This document shows positions 24,368 through 33,631 of a stretch of 64,000 bases of DNA, one piece after another. Below the pieces are notes generated by a model, which saw only the letters and a program-made list of their open reading frames with translations, made no database searches and was not told the DNA's origin. The position numbers were made by a program, and so were the translations under genes. Numbering within the stretch: position 1 is the first letter of the stretch; each line of letters opens with the position of its first letter. Origin of the DNA: an uncultured Methanosarcinaceae archaeon (lineage in GTDB: Archaea; Halobacteriota; Methanosarcinia; Methanosarcinales; Methanosarcinaceae); contig CAWJYV010000008.1 in assembly GCA_963847185.1 (NCBI GenBank), positions 1,102,009 through 1,166,008 of the forward strand. The letters run 5' to 3'.

Positions 24368-25174
24368 TTATTCACGCCAGCCAAGACTCTGGACGAATTC
24401 TTTGGTTTTATCAAAAACAGAAGCACTTTCCATAAGTGCCGATCCGATCAGTACAGCGTCTGCTCCTGCCCGGATAACTCTCCTGACATCTTCTGCGCTG
24501 TTCATCCCGCTTTCGCTTATGATTATGTGTCTGGTCCCGTGATCTAGGTCATATTCCCTGACAAGAGGTGCAAGCTCGTCGGTGGTTTCCAGATCTATTT
24601 TAAGAGTCTCAAAGTTCCGGTTGTTAATCCCAATAACTTTTGCGGCGGTTTCCAGGGCAAGTTCAAGCTCTTCCCTGTTGTGAACCTCAACCAGCGGCTC
24701 AAAACCTTTTTCAAGGGCAAGATCGACAAAAGAACCCAGTTCTTTTCCAAGGATACCTGCAATCAGTAGTATGAGGTCGCTTTCTGCTTCTCCCAACTGT
24801 ACACTGTCAATTATGAAATCTTTTCTGAGAACAGGTATGCATACCGTTTTTCTGACAGCCTCCAGGTTTTCAATTGAACCTCGAAAAACCCCAGGCTCTG
24901 TCAGGACAGAAACTGCTACAGCTCCTGCTTCTTCCATTTCCAGTGCGAGCTCTGCAGCTGCAGCAGGCGGAATATCCCTGAAAGTTTTTCCCGGAGATGC
25001 CGGCTTGACTTCTGCAATTACAGGTACCCGCCCTTCTGCTTTGGCATCTTCCAGAGCAGAGAGAAAATTCCTTTTCTCAAACTGCTTCTGCAGGTCTTCA
25101 GGACATTTATGTGGCCCGAATGCCTGGATGCGGGTTTTTGTCGTGTTGAGGATATGGAGAATTGAAGAGTGCAT
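24368..25174 (-). CDS. trpC: Indole-3-glycerol phosphate synthase
   Basis: IAEVKPASP, SVLTE, LRKDF, LVEVH, GINNRN, ISESG, LIGSALM. Confidence 0.96.
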   Translation of the reverse strand: MHSSILHILNTTKTRIQAFGPHKCPEDLQKQFEKRNFLSALEDAKAEGRVPVIAEVKPASPGKTFRDIPPAAAAELALEMEEAGAVAVSVLTEPGVFRGSIENLEAVRKTVCIPVLRKDFIIDSVQLGEAESDLILLIAGILGKELGSFVDLALEKGFEPLVEVHNREELELALETAAKVIGINNRNFETLKIDLETTDELAPLVREYDLDHGTRHIIISESGMNSAEDVRRVIRAGADAVLIGSALMESASVFDKTKEFVQSLGWRE

Positions 25175-25185
25175 TTATCATCACT

Positions 25186-25241
25186 AATGTCTCTTTATGT
25201 ACATCAATGTCTAATGCAGTACTTCATATAAATAGGTTTTG
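25186..25241 (-). promoter_or_regulatory. trp operon promoter with TRP-box-like sites
   Basis: Minus-strand AAAACC-TATTTATATG (25225-25240); TGTACA (25198-25203) and AGTACT (25218-25223) lie between the TATA box and the start codon. Confidence 0.5.
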
Positions 25242-25250
25242 GATTGGTAA

Positions 25251-25316
25251 GCTTTGCACCTAAAGTCCAATTTTCGAGGTACTTTAGGTGCAGAATTGGA
25301 ACTTTAGGTGCAAAGC
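25251..25316. repeat. Inverted repeat with a third internal arm
   Basis: GCTTTGCACCTAAAGT-CCAATT / AATTGGAACTTTAGGTGCAAAGC with an internal extra ACTTTAGGTGCA. Confidence 0.85.
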
Positions 25317-25528
25317 CGGATTGTGTAAGAATCAGAATTTGGAAATTTTGCCTCCGGGGAATTAGAGATCCCTTACAATTTTTTATTGTAATGTTCCAGA
25401 TCACAATCTTCCGTTATTTTATAAAGTTCACAGGTTTTTCGAGCCTTCAATTCACAGAGAATACACTTGTGACCACGGAAAGTACTATATATATTAATCA
25501 AGTGTATGCCCCAGATTGAGGTGCACTT

Positions 25529-26164
25529 ATGGAAACAAAAACCATTAAAATCAGTGCAGAACTGTACGAAGCACTCGATTTTTGCAGGGATAGAGATAGC
25601 GATATCGGGTGGGAGTCAAAAACCACAATAATCACCAAATTGCTGGCTCGATATGATGATACCTGTCAACTTATACATGAAAACGGGGACTATTGGTTCG
25701 TTATTAACGGCAGGAAACGGAAATTTCCAAAACTTTCTAATGCTACGGAAAATGTAAAAATAACTCAAGATCTTTATCAAAGACTTAGCGAAGCTAAAAT
25801 CCATCCTGACGAGACAATAAATACTGTCCTTCAGCGTTTACTGTTTTCGTACTATGGCAACAAGCTGGTATATCGCATAAATATAAAATCCGCTAGCGAC
25901 GAAGACAGCCAGGACTTAATGTTTTTCATGCGCGAACTGCTGCTGACAGAACCAAAGTTTAACAACTCATTATTTGTCGAAGTTCTAAACGTAGAAAATT
26001 ACCCGGAAATAAAAAGCAAATACGAGAAAAATACGTTGCCATTGTCTATATTATACAATTTTGAAGAACTTGAAGTCTGGCGCATGGAAGAAAAGCATGA
26101 CTTAGCTGAAGTGAGAAGAAAGTTGGAGTCATTTATCGATTCTTCAGAAGAGCTTACAGGTTGA
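25529..26164 (+). CDS. Hypothetical protein: two RHH/antitoxin-like repeats plus thioredoxin/KaiB-like C-terminal domain
   Basis: GAGGTG RBS; TKTIKISAELYEALD and TENVKITQDLYQRLSEAKIHPDETINTVLQRLL; C-terminal VEVLNVENYPEIKSKY..TLP. Confidence 0.75.
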   Translation: METKTIKISAELYEALDFCRDRDSDIGWESKTTIITKLLARYDDTCQLIHENGDYWFVINGRKRKFPKLSNATENVKITQDLYQRLSEAKIHPDETINTVLQRLLFSYYGNKLVYRINIKSASDEDSQDLMFFMRELLLTEPKFNNSLFVEVLNVENYPEIKSKYEKNTLPLSILYNFEELEVWRMEEKHDLAEVRRKLESFIDSSEELTG

Positions 26165-26507
26165 CATGGCGCACATGCAAAAGTCAATTCTTCTTCGATA
26201 GGACACTAATTATTATAAACATAATAAAAATAATAACTATTAAGTCTGTACATTCAAATAGACCAGTCCATCCAAACATTATGTAGGCCAGGGCAAGAAA
26301 AAGAATTGGTAGACTTGTATATATGATATATTTGCAGTTAATCACAATATCTTTAAACGCAGTGAATGAATAAATAAATTACTTATGTTATGCCCTTTAT
26401 CTCTCAGTAAACTCCAAATAAATTATCCTGCATTTATTGTTTAGAGGGTTAAGGTTCCATCTTTTTATCTAAAATTTTGCAAAAGCACAAGCTTCAGGTT
26501 CTCAACT

Positions 26508-27164
26508 TCAAAACTGTTCAAGGAGCGAAACCATCCCTTTTACACTTGTGAACATATCTCCGATCACAGGTGTAGTATTATTAGGGGTTCCCATGGTCAT
26601 ATTGGCAGATTCGATCATATTATCCGGATATGTTAAACTTGAGTTGATCTGTGACATCGTTGCGTTTAAAGAATGAAGAGTAACATTGGAATTGCTTGTA
26701 TTATTGGGGTCCATATTCAGGATAACAAGTATATTATCCACTGTTTTTATACCTTCATCTGTCCCTTCAATAGTGGGCTGGAGAAAAGGAAATTCTTCTA
26801 AATGGGCGTTAAGAGTCTCGTTTATAAGGTGAAGATTGAGGTTAAGCATTTGCAGCATGGATGTCAGGAAATTAAGGTTCAACTTTATTTCCTGTGATAT
26901 TAGTCCAGTTACATTAGACGAGGACATTTCATTAAATGGAAGTATTTCATTGAATGAGGAAGTTTCACCGGATAAAGCTGTCTCATTATTTGAAGAAATC
27001 AAATCGTCAATTGAAGTCTCAGAGGTGCCGTTTTCAAGAATGGTTCCAACTACCGGATTTGATGCTCCAAGAGCTGAAATAATAGATATTATGAGTAAGA
27101 ATCCTGCGAATATTGACAGGAATATATATTTATAGCTGTCCATATAAATGGTCCCCACTATCAA
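26508..27164 (-). CDS. Secreted or surface N/S/T-rich hypothetical protein
   Basis: Hydrophobic N-terminal signal; many N-x-S/T sequons; start probably 27143. Confidence 0.7.
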   Translation of the reverse strand: MIVGTIYMDSYKYIFLSIFAGFLLIISIISALGASNPVVGTILENGTSETSIDDLISSNNETALSGETSSFNEILPFNEMSSSNVTGLISQEIKLNLNFLTSMLQMLNLNLHLINETLNAHLEEFPFLQPTIEGTDEGIKTVDNILVILNMDPNNTSNSNVTLHSLNATMSQINSSLTYPDNMIESANMTMGTPNNTTPVIGDMFTSVKGMVSLLEQF

Positions 27165-27650
27165 TGTTAAGAACTTAATGTACGTTCTTCTTTATTCAAA
27201 AATAGCCAGATTGGATATAAAAACATACGGATTAGGATAAAATATTCTATTAAGTATATAATATGGAATAGCTGAAGAAAAAAAGATTCTGAGAAAGTCT
27301 TCTCGTTTTTGTTTTACTTTAATTCCTTTTATGTCATAAATTTTAAATAAATCTTTAGAACTTGTCACAAAAACCAAAATATCCGGAAATTGTATCCAAT
27401 AAGTATATATATATTCAATAGCTTCAAATATATTTTTAAAGCTATTTTTTATAAAATACTGTCCATTCAAAACTTATGATTTTTCTCTTCTAATCCCGTA
27501 CATAAAATTCACTATCTATAGGACATACGGGCACGTTCGACCAAACACAACAAACAAAAACTAAGGCATTAGTTTTTTGGTTTTCCTTCCAGATAATGCC
27601 TGAAGTCCCGACTCTCATATCAGAACAAAAGCAAAATGACTATCGAAACT

Positions 27651-27853
27651 CCCAGAAAATTCCCGATTTCCTGTGATCCCGAAGCGAAACTTTGGATTCT
27701 AAACTATAATTAGTCCTCTTGGGCGAAGCGAAGAGGGCGTTGTGCTCCTGAAGCGAAACTCGGGTGCCAAAGTGAAACTCGGGATTCTAAATCATAAATT
27801 CGTCCTCTTGAGCGAAGCGAAAAGGACTGCGGGCTCCCGAATCGCAATTCGGG
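27651..27853. repeat. Dispersed modular intergenic repeat, copy 2 (related to 4967-5226)
   Basis: Same blocks as copy 1, with two GTCCTCTTG.GCGAAGCGAA hairpin modules. Confidence 0.85.
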
Positions 27854-27964
27854 AAGCGAAGGATTTACATGCAAGGGAAGCATAAAGTGCACAAAAAAGC
27901 CGCCTAAAAGACAGGATAATAAAAATGAATTAAAATTAGACTGGAAAATGATAGAGGAAGAGAA

Positions 27965-28432
27965 ATGGCTGTATGGAAGGGAAAGAAAGTGGTTTTAAAC
28001 ACCACTATGGGTGACATTACGATCGAGCTTTTTGAGGACATGCCTATTACTGCAGGTAATTTTGCAAAACTCGTGGACAAAGGGTTCTATAACGGAACAG
28101 TCTTCCACAGGATCATTGACAAATTTATGATCCAGGGTGGAGACCCGACAGGGACAGGCATGGGAGGCCCGGGATACGAGATTCCGGATGAGTTCACAAA
28201 GCACAACCGAAACGATAAGGGGACCATTTCCATGGCAAATGCAGGCCCTAACACAGGTGGCAGTCAGTTCTTTATCAATCTTGTGAATAATAACTATCTC
28301 GACAAAATGCATCCTGTTTTCGGAAAAATAGTCGAAGGAATGGATGTCGTAGATACCATGGGAAAAGTGAAAACTGACCGTCAGGACCGCCCAAAAACAG
28401 AAGTGAAGATTATAAAAGCCGAACTGGTCTGA
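27965..28432 (+). CDS. Cyclophilin-type peptidyl-prolyl isomerase
   Basis: FHRII..FMIQGGDP, SMANAGPNTGGSQFFI, HPVFG. Confidence 0.97.
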   Translation: MAVWKGKKVVLNTTMGDITIELFEDMPITAGNFAKLVDKGFYNGTVFHRIIDKFMIQGGDPTGTGMGGPGYEIPDEFTKHNRNDKGTISMANAGPNTGGSQFFINLVNNNYLDKMHPVFGKIVEGMDVVDTMGKVKTDRQDRPKTEVKIIKAELV

Positions 28433-29064
28433 AGAAGCAACTATTCTATTGATTAGTTCTTTTTCCGATATCGGCAAAGCTTAGATGTGATATTGGCAGC
28501 CTGGGTATTATCGATGGTCAAGATCTGATATACGTCAGTTCGCCTTACACATCTTAACTTACATATACACACCTTAACTTACATAAATTGATCAATAAAT
28601 GAATAGCATTAGATTTATACCGAATTTAGGATTTATCTTATTCGCTTTCCAAAAACCATGATCCAAGAAAATAAGCTTTTACTGACCAGGTAAACTGTTT
28701 AGATAAATGATATCATAGACGGTTACTATAGTCATGGTTACAAAGCTACACAGGTGCAAACTTCAACTTGTCTTAAAAAGACTTAAAAGCTCTTGAATCT
28801 CTGGATCTCTCTCCTGGCTTCTTTAATTTAGAAGAGCTACTCGGGAAAGCTTTATCTGTTCTTATCTATAATCTCAATGTAATCTAAGATATCATTCAGG
28901 ACTGGGTTAGCTGAGTCAAAATAATTAAAACATTTTCTACTAAGTTATATCTTGGATTTTTATATCATATGGTTTGCAGCATATTTATTTAACATATAAA
29001 ACAGATAATAAATCCATCAACACATTTTAAACTTATACCTAAACTCGAAAGGACAGGATAATAA

Positions 29065-30081
29065 ATGGTTAAAGCAAAAGTTGCAGTAAACGGTTACGGG
29101 ACTATCGGTAAAAGAGTTGCAGATGCCGTAACGGCTCAGACCGATATGGAAATTATTGGGGTTTCCAAGACGAAGCCAAACTATGAAGCTGCAGTGGCCA
29201 AACAGCTTGGGTATGATATATATGCTCCTGCTGCAAATCTGGGAGCTTTTGAGAAGGCAGGCATACCTGCAGCAGGGTCCATTGAAGAAATGGTAGAAAA
29301 GGCTGATGTGGTTGTGGACTGTACTCCTGGGGGAGTTGGAGAGGAAAATAAAGCTCTGTATCAGAAAGCCGGAGTAAAGGCAATCTGGCAGGGCGGCGAA
29401 GATCACGAACTTGCAGGTTTTTCGTTTAATGCAATTTGCAACTACGAACAGGCTCTGGGCCGCGATCTGGTAAGGGTTGTTTCCTGTAATACCACAGGGC
29501 TTTGCAGAGTTATCTACCCGGTAGATAAAGAATTAGGGATAAAAAAGGTTAGGGTAACTCTTGCAAGAAGGGCAGTCGATCCAAATGATGTAAAGAAAGG
29601 ACCGATTAACGCAATAGTGCCTGATCCTATTAAGCTTCCATCTCATCACGGGCCTGATGTAAAGAGTGTACTTCCGCAGATTGACATTACAAGTGCAGCT
29701 CTGAAAATTCCGACAACTCTAATGCACGTACATGTTGTAAATATGGAAGTTAGTACCGATTGCACTGCAGACGATATTAAGAATATTTTCGGTTCTCAGT
29801 CCAGAATACGTTTCGTAGGGCAGGGCATGTCATCGACAGCAGAAATCATTGAATTTGGACGGGACATGGGACGCCCCAGAAACGATATGTGGGAGAATTG
29901 CATCTGGCCTGAATCCATAACAGTCAGTGAGAAAGAACTCTATTTCTTCCAGGCCATTCACCAGGAGTCAATTGTAGTTCCCGAAAACGTTGATGCTATC
30001 AGGGCAATGATGGAACTGGAAAGTAGCGGTGCAAAATCAATCGAGAAAACAAATAAAGCTATGGGATTGTACAATAAATAA
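29065..30081 (+). CDS. gap: Glyceraldehyde-3-phosphate dehydrogenase, archaeal type II
   Basis: NGYGTIGKRVADA, VVSCNTTGL, PSHHGPDV, HQESIVVPENVDAIRA. Confidence 0.97.
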   Translation: MVKAKVAVNGYGTIGKRVADAVTAQTDMEIIGVSKTKPNYEAAVAKQLGYDIYAPAANLGAFEKAGIPAAGSIEEMVEKADVVVDCTPGGVGEENKALYQKAGVKAIWQGGEDHELAGFSFNAICNYEQALGRDLVRVVSCNTTGLCRVIYPVDKELGIKKVRVTLARRAVDPNDVKKGPINAIVPDPIKLPSHHGPDVKSVLPQIDITSAALKIPTTLMHVHVVNMEVSTDCTADDIKNIFGSQSRIRFVGQGMSSTAEIIEFGRDMGRPRNDMWENCIWPESITVSEKELYFFQAIHQESIVVPENVDAIRAMMELESSGAKSIEKTNKAMGLYNK

Positions 30082-30285
30082 ATTTACGGGACTGTACAAG
30101 TGGAGCTATGGGGCTGTAAGTCTCTGGAAACTTCGGTTTTTGAGGGCTCTGGCTTAAAAGATGTTCAATCTGATTATCCCGGAGCCCTACAGCCTGGGTT
30201 TTGTGTTTCCGAGAATCCTAATACCCATATTCTGTATCTGGATAATAGAATCTGAAGCTTTTGAATTAAGTAAACTGGCTTAAAT

Positions 30286-31092
30286 ATGAACTCATTAGAT
30301 TCAAGTTTTTTGAAATTATCCCGGGAAGCTTTTAAAGCCGCGTCAGATTCAATCAGGAATCTTGAAGGCACTGATGCGGCAGCCAGCTTTGTTCGTATGG
30401 GAGCCGACGGGACACCTACTACCAAAATAGATCTTGTAGCAGAGGATGCTATCATTGATGTGCTTAAAGCCGACGGTAGGTCAATGAGGATTATAAGTGA
30501 GGAAAGGGGAGAGCTTGTTCTGGGAGACTCCCCTGAGTTTTCCATTGTTCTTGACCCTCTTGATGGGACATATAATTCCTATGCTGGAATTCCTTTCTAT
30601 AGTGTTTCAATGGCTGTTGCTTCCGTTGACCTTTCAGATATCAGATTTGGATATGTCAGTAATCTTGCATTACGTGAAGAATATTATGCAGAATCCGGAA
30701 GAGGAGCCTACCTTAATGGGAAAATGATTAAAACTTCACCTAATTCGGATCTGCGGGAACTGTGTGTAAGTGTTTACGGCTACAGACAAAACGTGGAAAG
30801 AACCCGAAAAATTTACAAAAATGTCAGACGTATAAGGTTATTTGGGAGTGTAGCACTCGAAATGTGCTATGTGGCCTCAGGCAGGCTTGACGCCCTTGTA
30901 GATGTTCGAAACGCTTTGCGTGTAACGGATGTGGCAGCAGGGATACTTATTTTAGCGGAGGCAGGAGGGCTTGTAACAGACGGGCATGGAAATCCTTTTA
31001 AGCTTCCTGATAGTGTAACTGCTAGAATCGAAATGGTCGCATCCAATGGACATGTTCACGAAAAACTTTTAAAACTACTCTCAGGAGGATAA
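30286..31092 (+). CDS. suhB: Fructose-1,6-bisphosphatase/inositol monophosphatase family protein
   Basis: GADGTPT..ID, SEE, LDPLDGT, DVAAG. Confidence 0.9.
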   Translation: MNSLDSSFLKLSREAFKAASDSIRNLEGTDAAASFVRMGADGTPTTKIDLVAEDAIIDVLKADGRSMRIISEERGELVLGDSPEFSIVLDPLDGTYNSYAGIPFYSVSMAVASVDLSDIRFGYVSNLALREEYYAESGRGAYLNGKMIKTSPNSDLRELCVSVYGYRQNVERTRKIYKNVRRIRLFGSVALEMCYVASGRLDALVDVRNALRVTDVAAGILILAEAGGLVTDGHGNPFKLPDSVTARIEMVASNGHVHEKLLKLLSGG

Positions 31093-31093
31093 G

Positions 31094-31921
31094 TTGGCGA
31101 TAAAAAAAATAGGAATCTGCTCACGTTGTGATAGGCCTGAAGTAATTGAAATGGTCAGGCGAATTCTTTCCCATTTCAGCTCGCAGGTGCAGATCTTTGT
31201 CTCCACTTCCACAGCTGATGTACTCGGAATCGAAGGTGTTCCAGTTGAGAGTATGAGGGAGAAGGGAGTAGAACTTATTGTCAGTGTGGGAGGCGATGGT
31301 ACAGTCCTCAGGAATGTTGCCAAAATGAAAGATCCTCTCCCTGTACTCGGGATTAATATGGGGACTCTAGGTTTTCTCGTAGATGTGGAGCCCAGGGATG
31401 CTATTGAGACCATAGAGGAGGTCCTTTATGGTTTTTCGTATCTTGAAAGGATGAGGGTAGATGTCTTCCTTAACGGAGAAATGATTGAGACCGCTACCAA
31501 TGAAATTGCAGTAATGTCTGCAAAACCCGCGAAGATTATTCAATTTCAAGTCCATGTGAATGATTGCCTTCTTGACGACATGCGTGCCGATGGCGTAGTT
31601 TTTGCAACTCCTACAGGTTCGACTGCCTATGCTATGAGCGCAGGTGGTCCTATAGTAAGTCCCAGGGTAAATGCAATAGTAGTTGTTCCCATTGCACCTT
31701 TTAAACTCTCTTCAAGACCATGGGTCATCCCGTCTGATAGTGAAATCACAATAAGACTGTCGTCCCCAAAAAAAGAGGCAGTTGTTGCAATTGACGGGCA
31801 GAAATCTTACAGGATCAAGCCTGAAGATATTGTCAAACTTAAAAAGTCCAAATATCCTGCTCGTTTTGTAAAGGTTTCAGATACCTGTTTTTATGAAAAA
31901 GTTCAGAGGAAGCTTTCATGA
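31094..31921 (+). CDS. nadK: NAD(+) kinase
   Basis: GGDGT, GINMGTLGFL, NE, TPTGSTAYAMSAGGP; TTG start. Confidence 0.95.
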   Translation: MAIKKIGICSRCDRPEVIEMVRRILSHFSSQVQIFVSTSTADVLGIEGVPVESMREKGVELIVSVGGDGTVLRNVAKMKDPLPVLGINMGTLGFLVDVEPRDAIETIEEVLYGFSYLERMRVDVFLNGEMIETATNEIAVMSAKPAKIIQFQVHVNDCLLDDMRADGVVFATPTGSTAYAMSAGGPIVSPRVNAIVVVPIAPFKLSSRPWVIPSDSEITIRLSSPKKEAVVAIDGQKSYRIKPEDIVKLKKSKYPARFVKVSDTCFYEKVQRKLS

Positions 31922-32304
31922 GAAAGTTCATATGTTCAGATTTTGGATCTTTTCACTAGGTTTAGTCTAAGTAACATTTTCTCTTAGTCTAAACAAGTTT
32001 TCTTAACAATTTTTCTGGTTATTTCCAATCTTGAACTCAACATATCCAGAAGCTATGCCGGAATTGAGTTTATAATAATGCCGCTGCCGGAAGCTCTTTT
32101 CCTCCAAGGAAAACATTTATACACGTGTAGGTAAAGCTATGCTTAATTTTTACAGGACACAATATTTTTGGACTTTTAAAATTTTTAAATCATGGTATTT
32201 TTTATCAAGCCTTAGGGTAATTCTTAGGCCGTTCATCAATTATATGTCATTAAAAATAATCAAAAATATCTTTCAATCATTAAAAAATCGAGGACGTAGC
32301 AAAA

Positions 32305-33522
32305 ATGTCAGAGAGCGAGCAGTATTCCAGAAATACACTGATGGACTTTATCGAATATCGCCCCCTTGATATCGAAATTTGTGATGTAACCCTTCGAGAT
32401 GGAGAACAGACTCCGGGAGTTGCGTTTTCAAAAGAACATAAGCTGGCGATGGCTAGCGAGCTTAATTCCATGGGTATTGAGGTTATAGAAGCCGGATTTC
32501 CGGTAGTCTCCGCATATGAAAAGGAAATTGTAAAGGAAATAGCAAACCAGGGCTTTGATTCACGAATATGCTGCCTCTCAAGAGCCGTAAAGGGGGATGT
32601 GGATGCTGCCCTTGATTGTGATGTCGATATTGTAAGCATTTTCATTGCAATGTCTGACATGCACCTCAAGTACAAGTATCACAGGAGCCTTGAGGAAATG
32701 CTCGGCTGTGCCAAAGACGCCATCGAGTACGCAACTGATCACGGGTTAAAAGTGCGTTTTGCAGCTGAGGATGCAAGCCGGACTCCTGTTGACCGCCTCA
32801 AGCAGGCTTTCAAGGAAGTTGAAAGCGAATATAAAGTGCAGTATGTGAGCCTTGCAGATACTATAGGCATCCTTAATCCGACTACAACTCATTACCTTGT
32901 AAGCGAGATTTACAAGTCAGTCAACACTTCCATCTGTATCCACTGCCACGATGATCTCGGAATGGCTACAGCAAATACCCTTGCAGCTGCCGAAGCCGGA
33001 GCAAAGCAGCTCCATACGACAGTTAATGCTATAGGAGAAAGAGCAGGAAATGCTTCTCTTGAAGAAGTCATAGTAGCCCTCAGGATACAGTATGGAATCG
33101 ACCGTTATGACACAACAAAATTAACTGCCCTTTCCAGAATGGTTTCGGAATACTCTGGCATCACACCCTCAGTAAACAAAGCTGTTGTCGGCCAGAATGC
33201 CTTTACCCACGAATCCGGAATCCATGTCGCTGCAATCCTGGAAGAGCCGCGTACCTACGAACTTTTCCTTCCTGAGATGGTTGGAGGAAAGCGCAACCTC
33301 GTCGTCGGAAAGCATACCGGTACAAAAGCCTTAAAAGGCATTATTAACAGCATCGGTTTCTGCCTTGAACGGGAAGAACTCTGTGCCCTGATTGATAAGG
33401 TCAAGGTTTGTACCGAAGAAAGACATAAGAGCATTTCTCGCGAGCAGCTTGAAAAAATGATCAGTCAGGTTAGGCATGAAAAGAAGGCTTCAGAAAAGGA
33501 AGACGAAAGGTTTTCTATCTAA
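32305..33522 (+). CDS. aksA: Homocitrate synthase family (trans-homoaconitate synthase, coenzyme B pathway)
   Basis: DVTLRDGEQTPG, HCHDDLG, GERAGNA, HESGIH; no IPMS regulatory domain. Confidence 0.8.
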   Translation: MSESEQYSRNTLMDFIEYRPLDIEICDVTLRDGEQTPGVAFSKEHKLAMASELNSMGIEVIEAGFPVVSAYEKEIVKEIANQGFDSRICCLSRAVKGDVDAALDCDVDIVSIFIAMSDMHLKYKYHRSLEEMLGCAKDAIEYATDHGLKVRFAAEDASRTPVDRLKQAFKEVESEYKVQYVSLADTIGILNPTTTHYLVSEIYKSVNTSICIHCHDDLGMATANTLAAAEAGAKQLHTTVNAIGERAGNASLEEVIVALRIQYGIDRYDTTKLTALSRMVSEYSGITPSVNKAVVGQNAFTHESGIHVAAILEEPRTYELFLPEMVGGKRNLVVGKHTGTKALKGIINSIGFCLEREELCALIDKVKVCTEERHKSISREQLEKMISQVRHEKKASEKEDERFSI

Positions 33523-33631
33523 AAACCTTTCTCTTTTATTTACTTTTCCTTTTTAACTTACTTTAAACTCCTTTTATTTCATCTTAAATTCCTTTATTAC
33601 TTTTTTTACTTCCTCATCCATCCAGTAAAAA

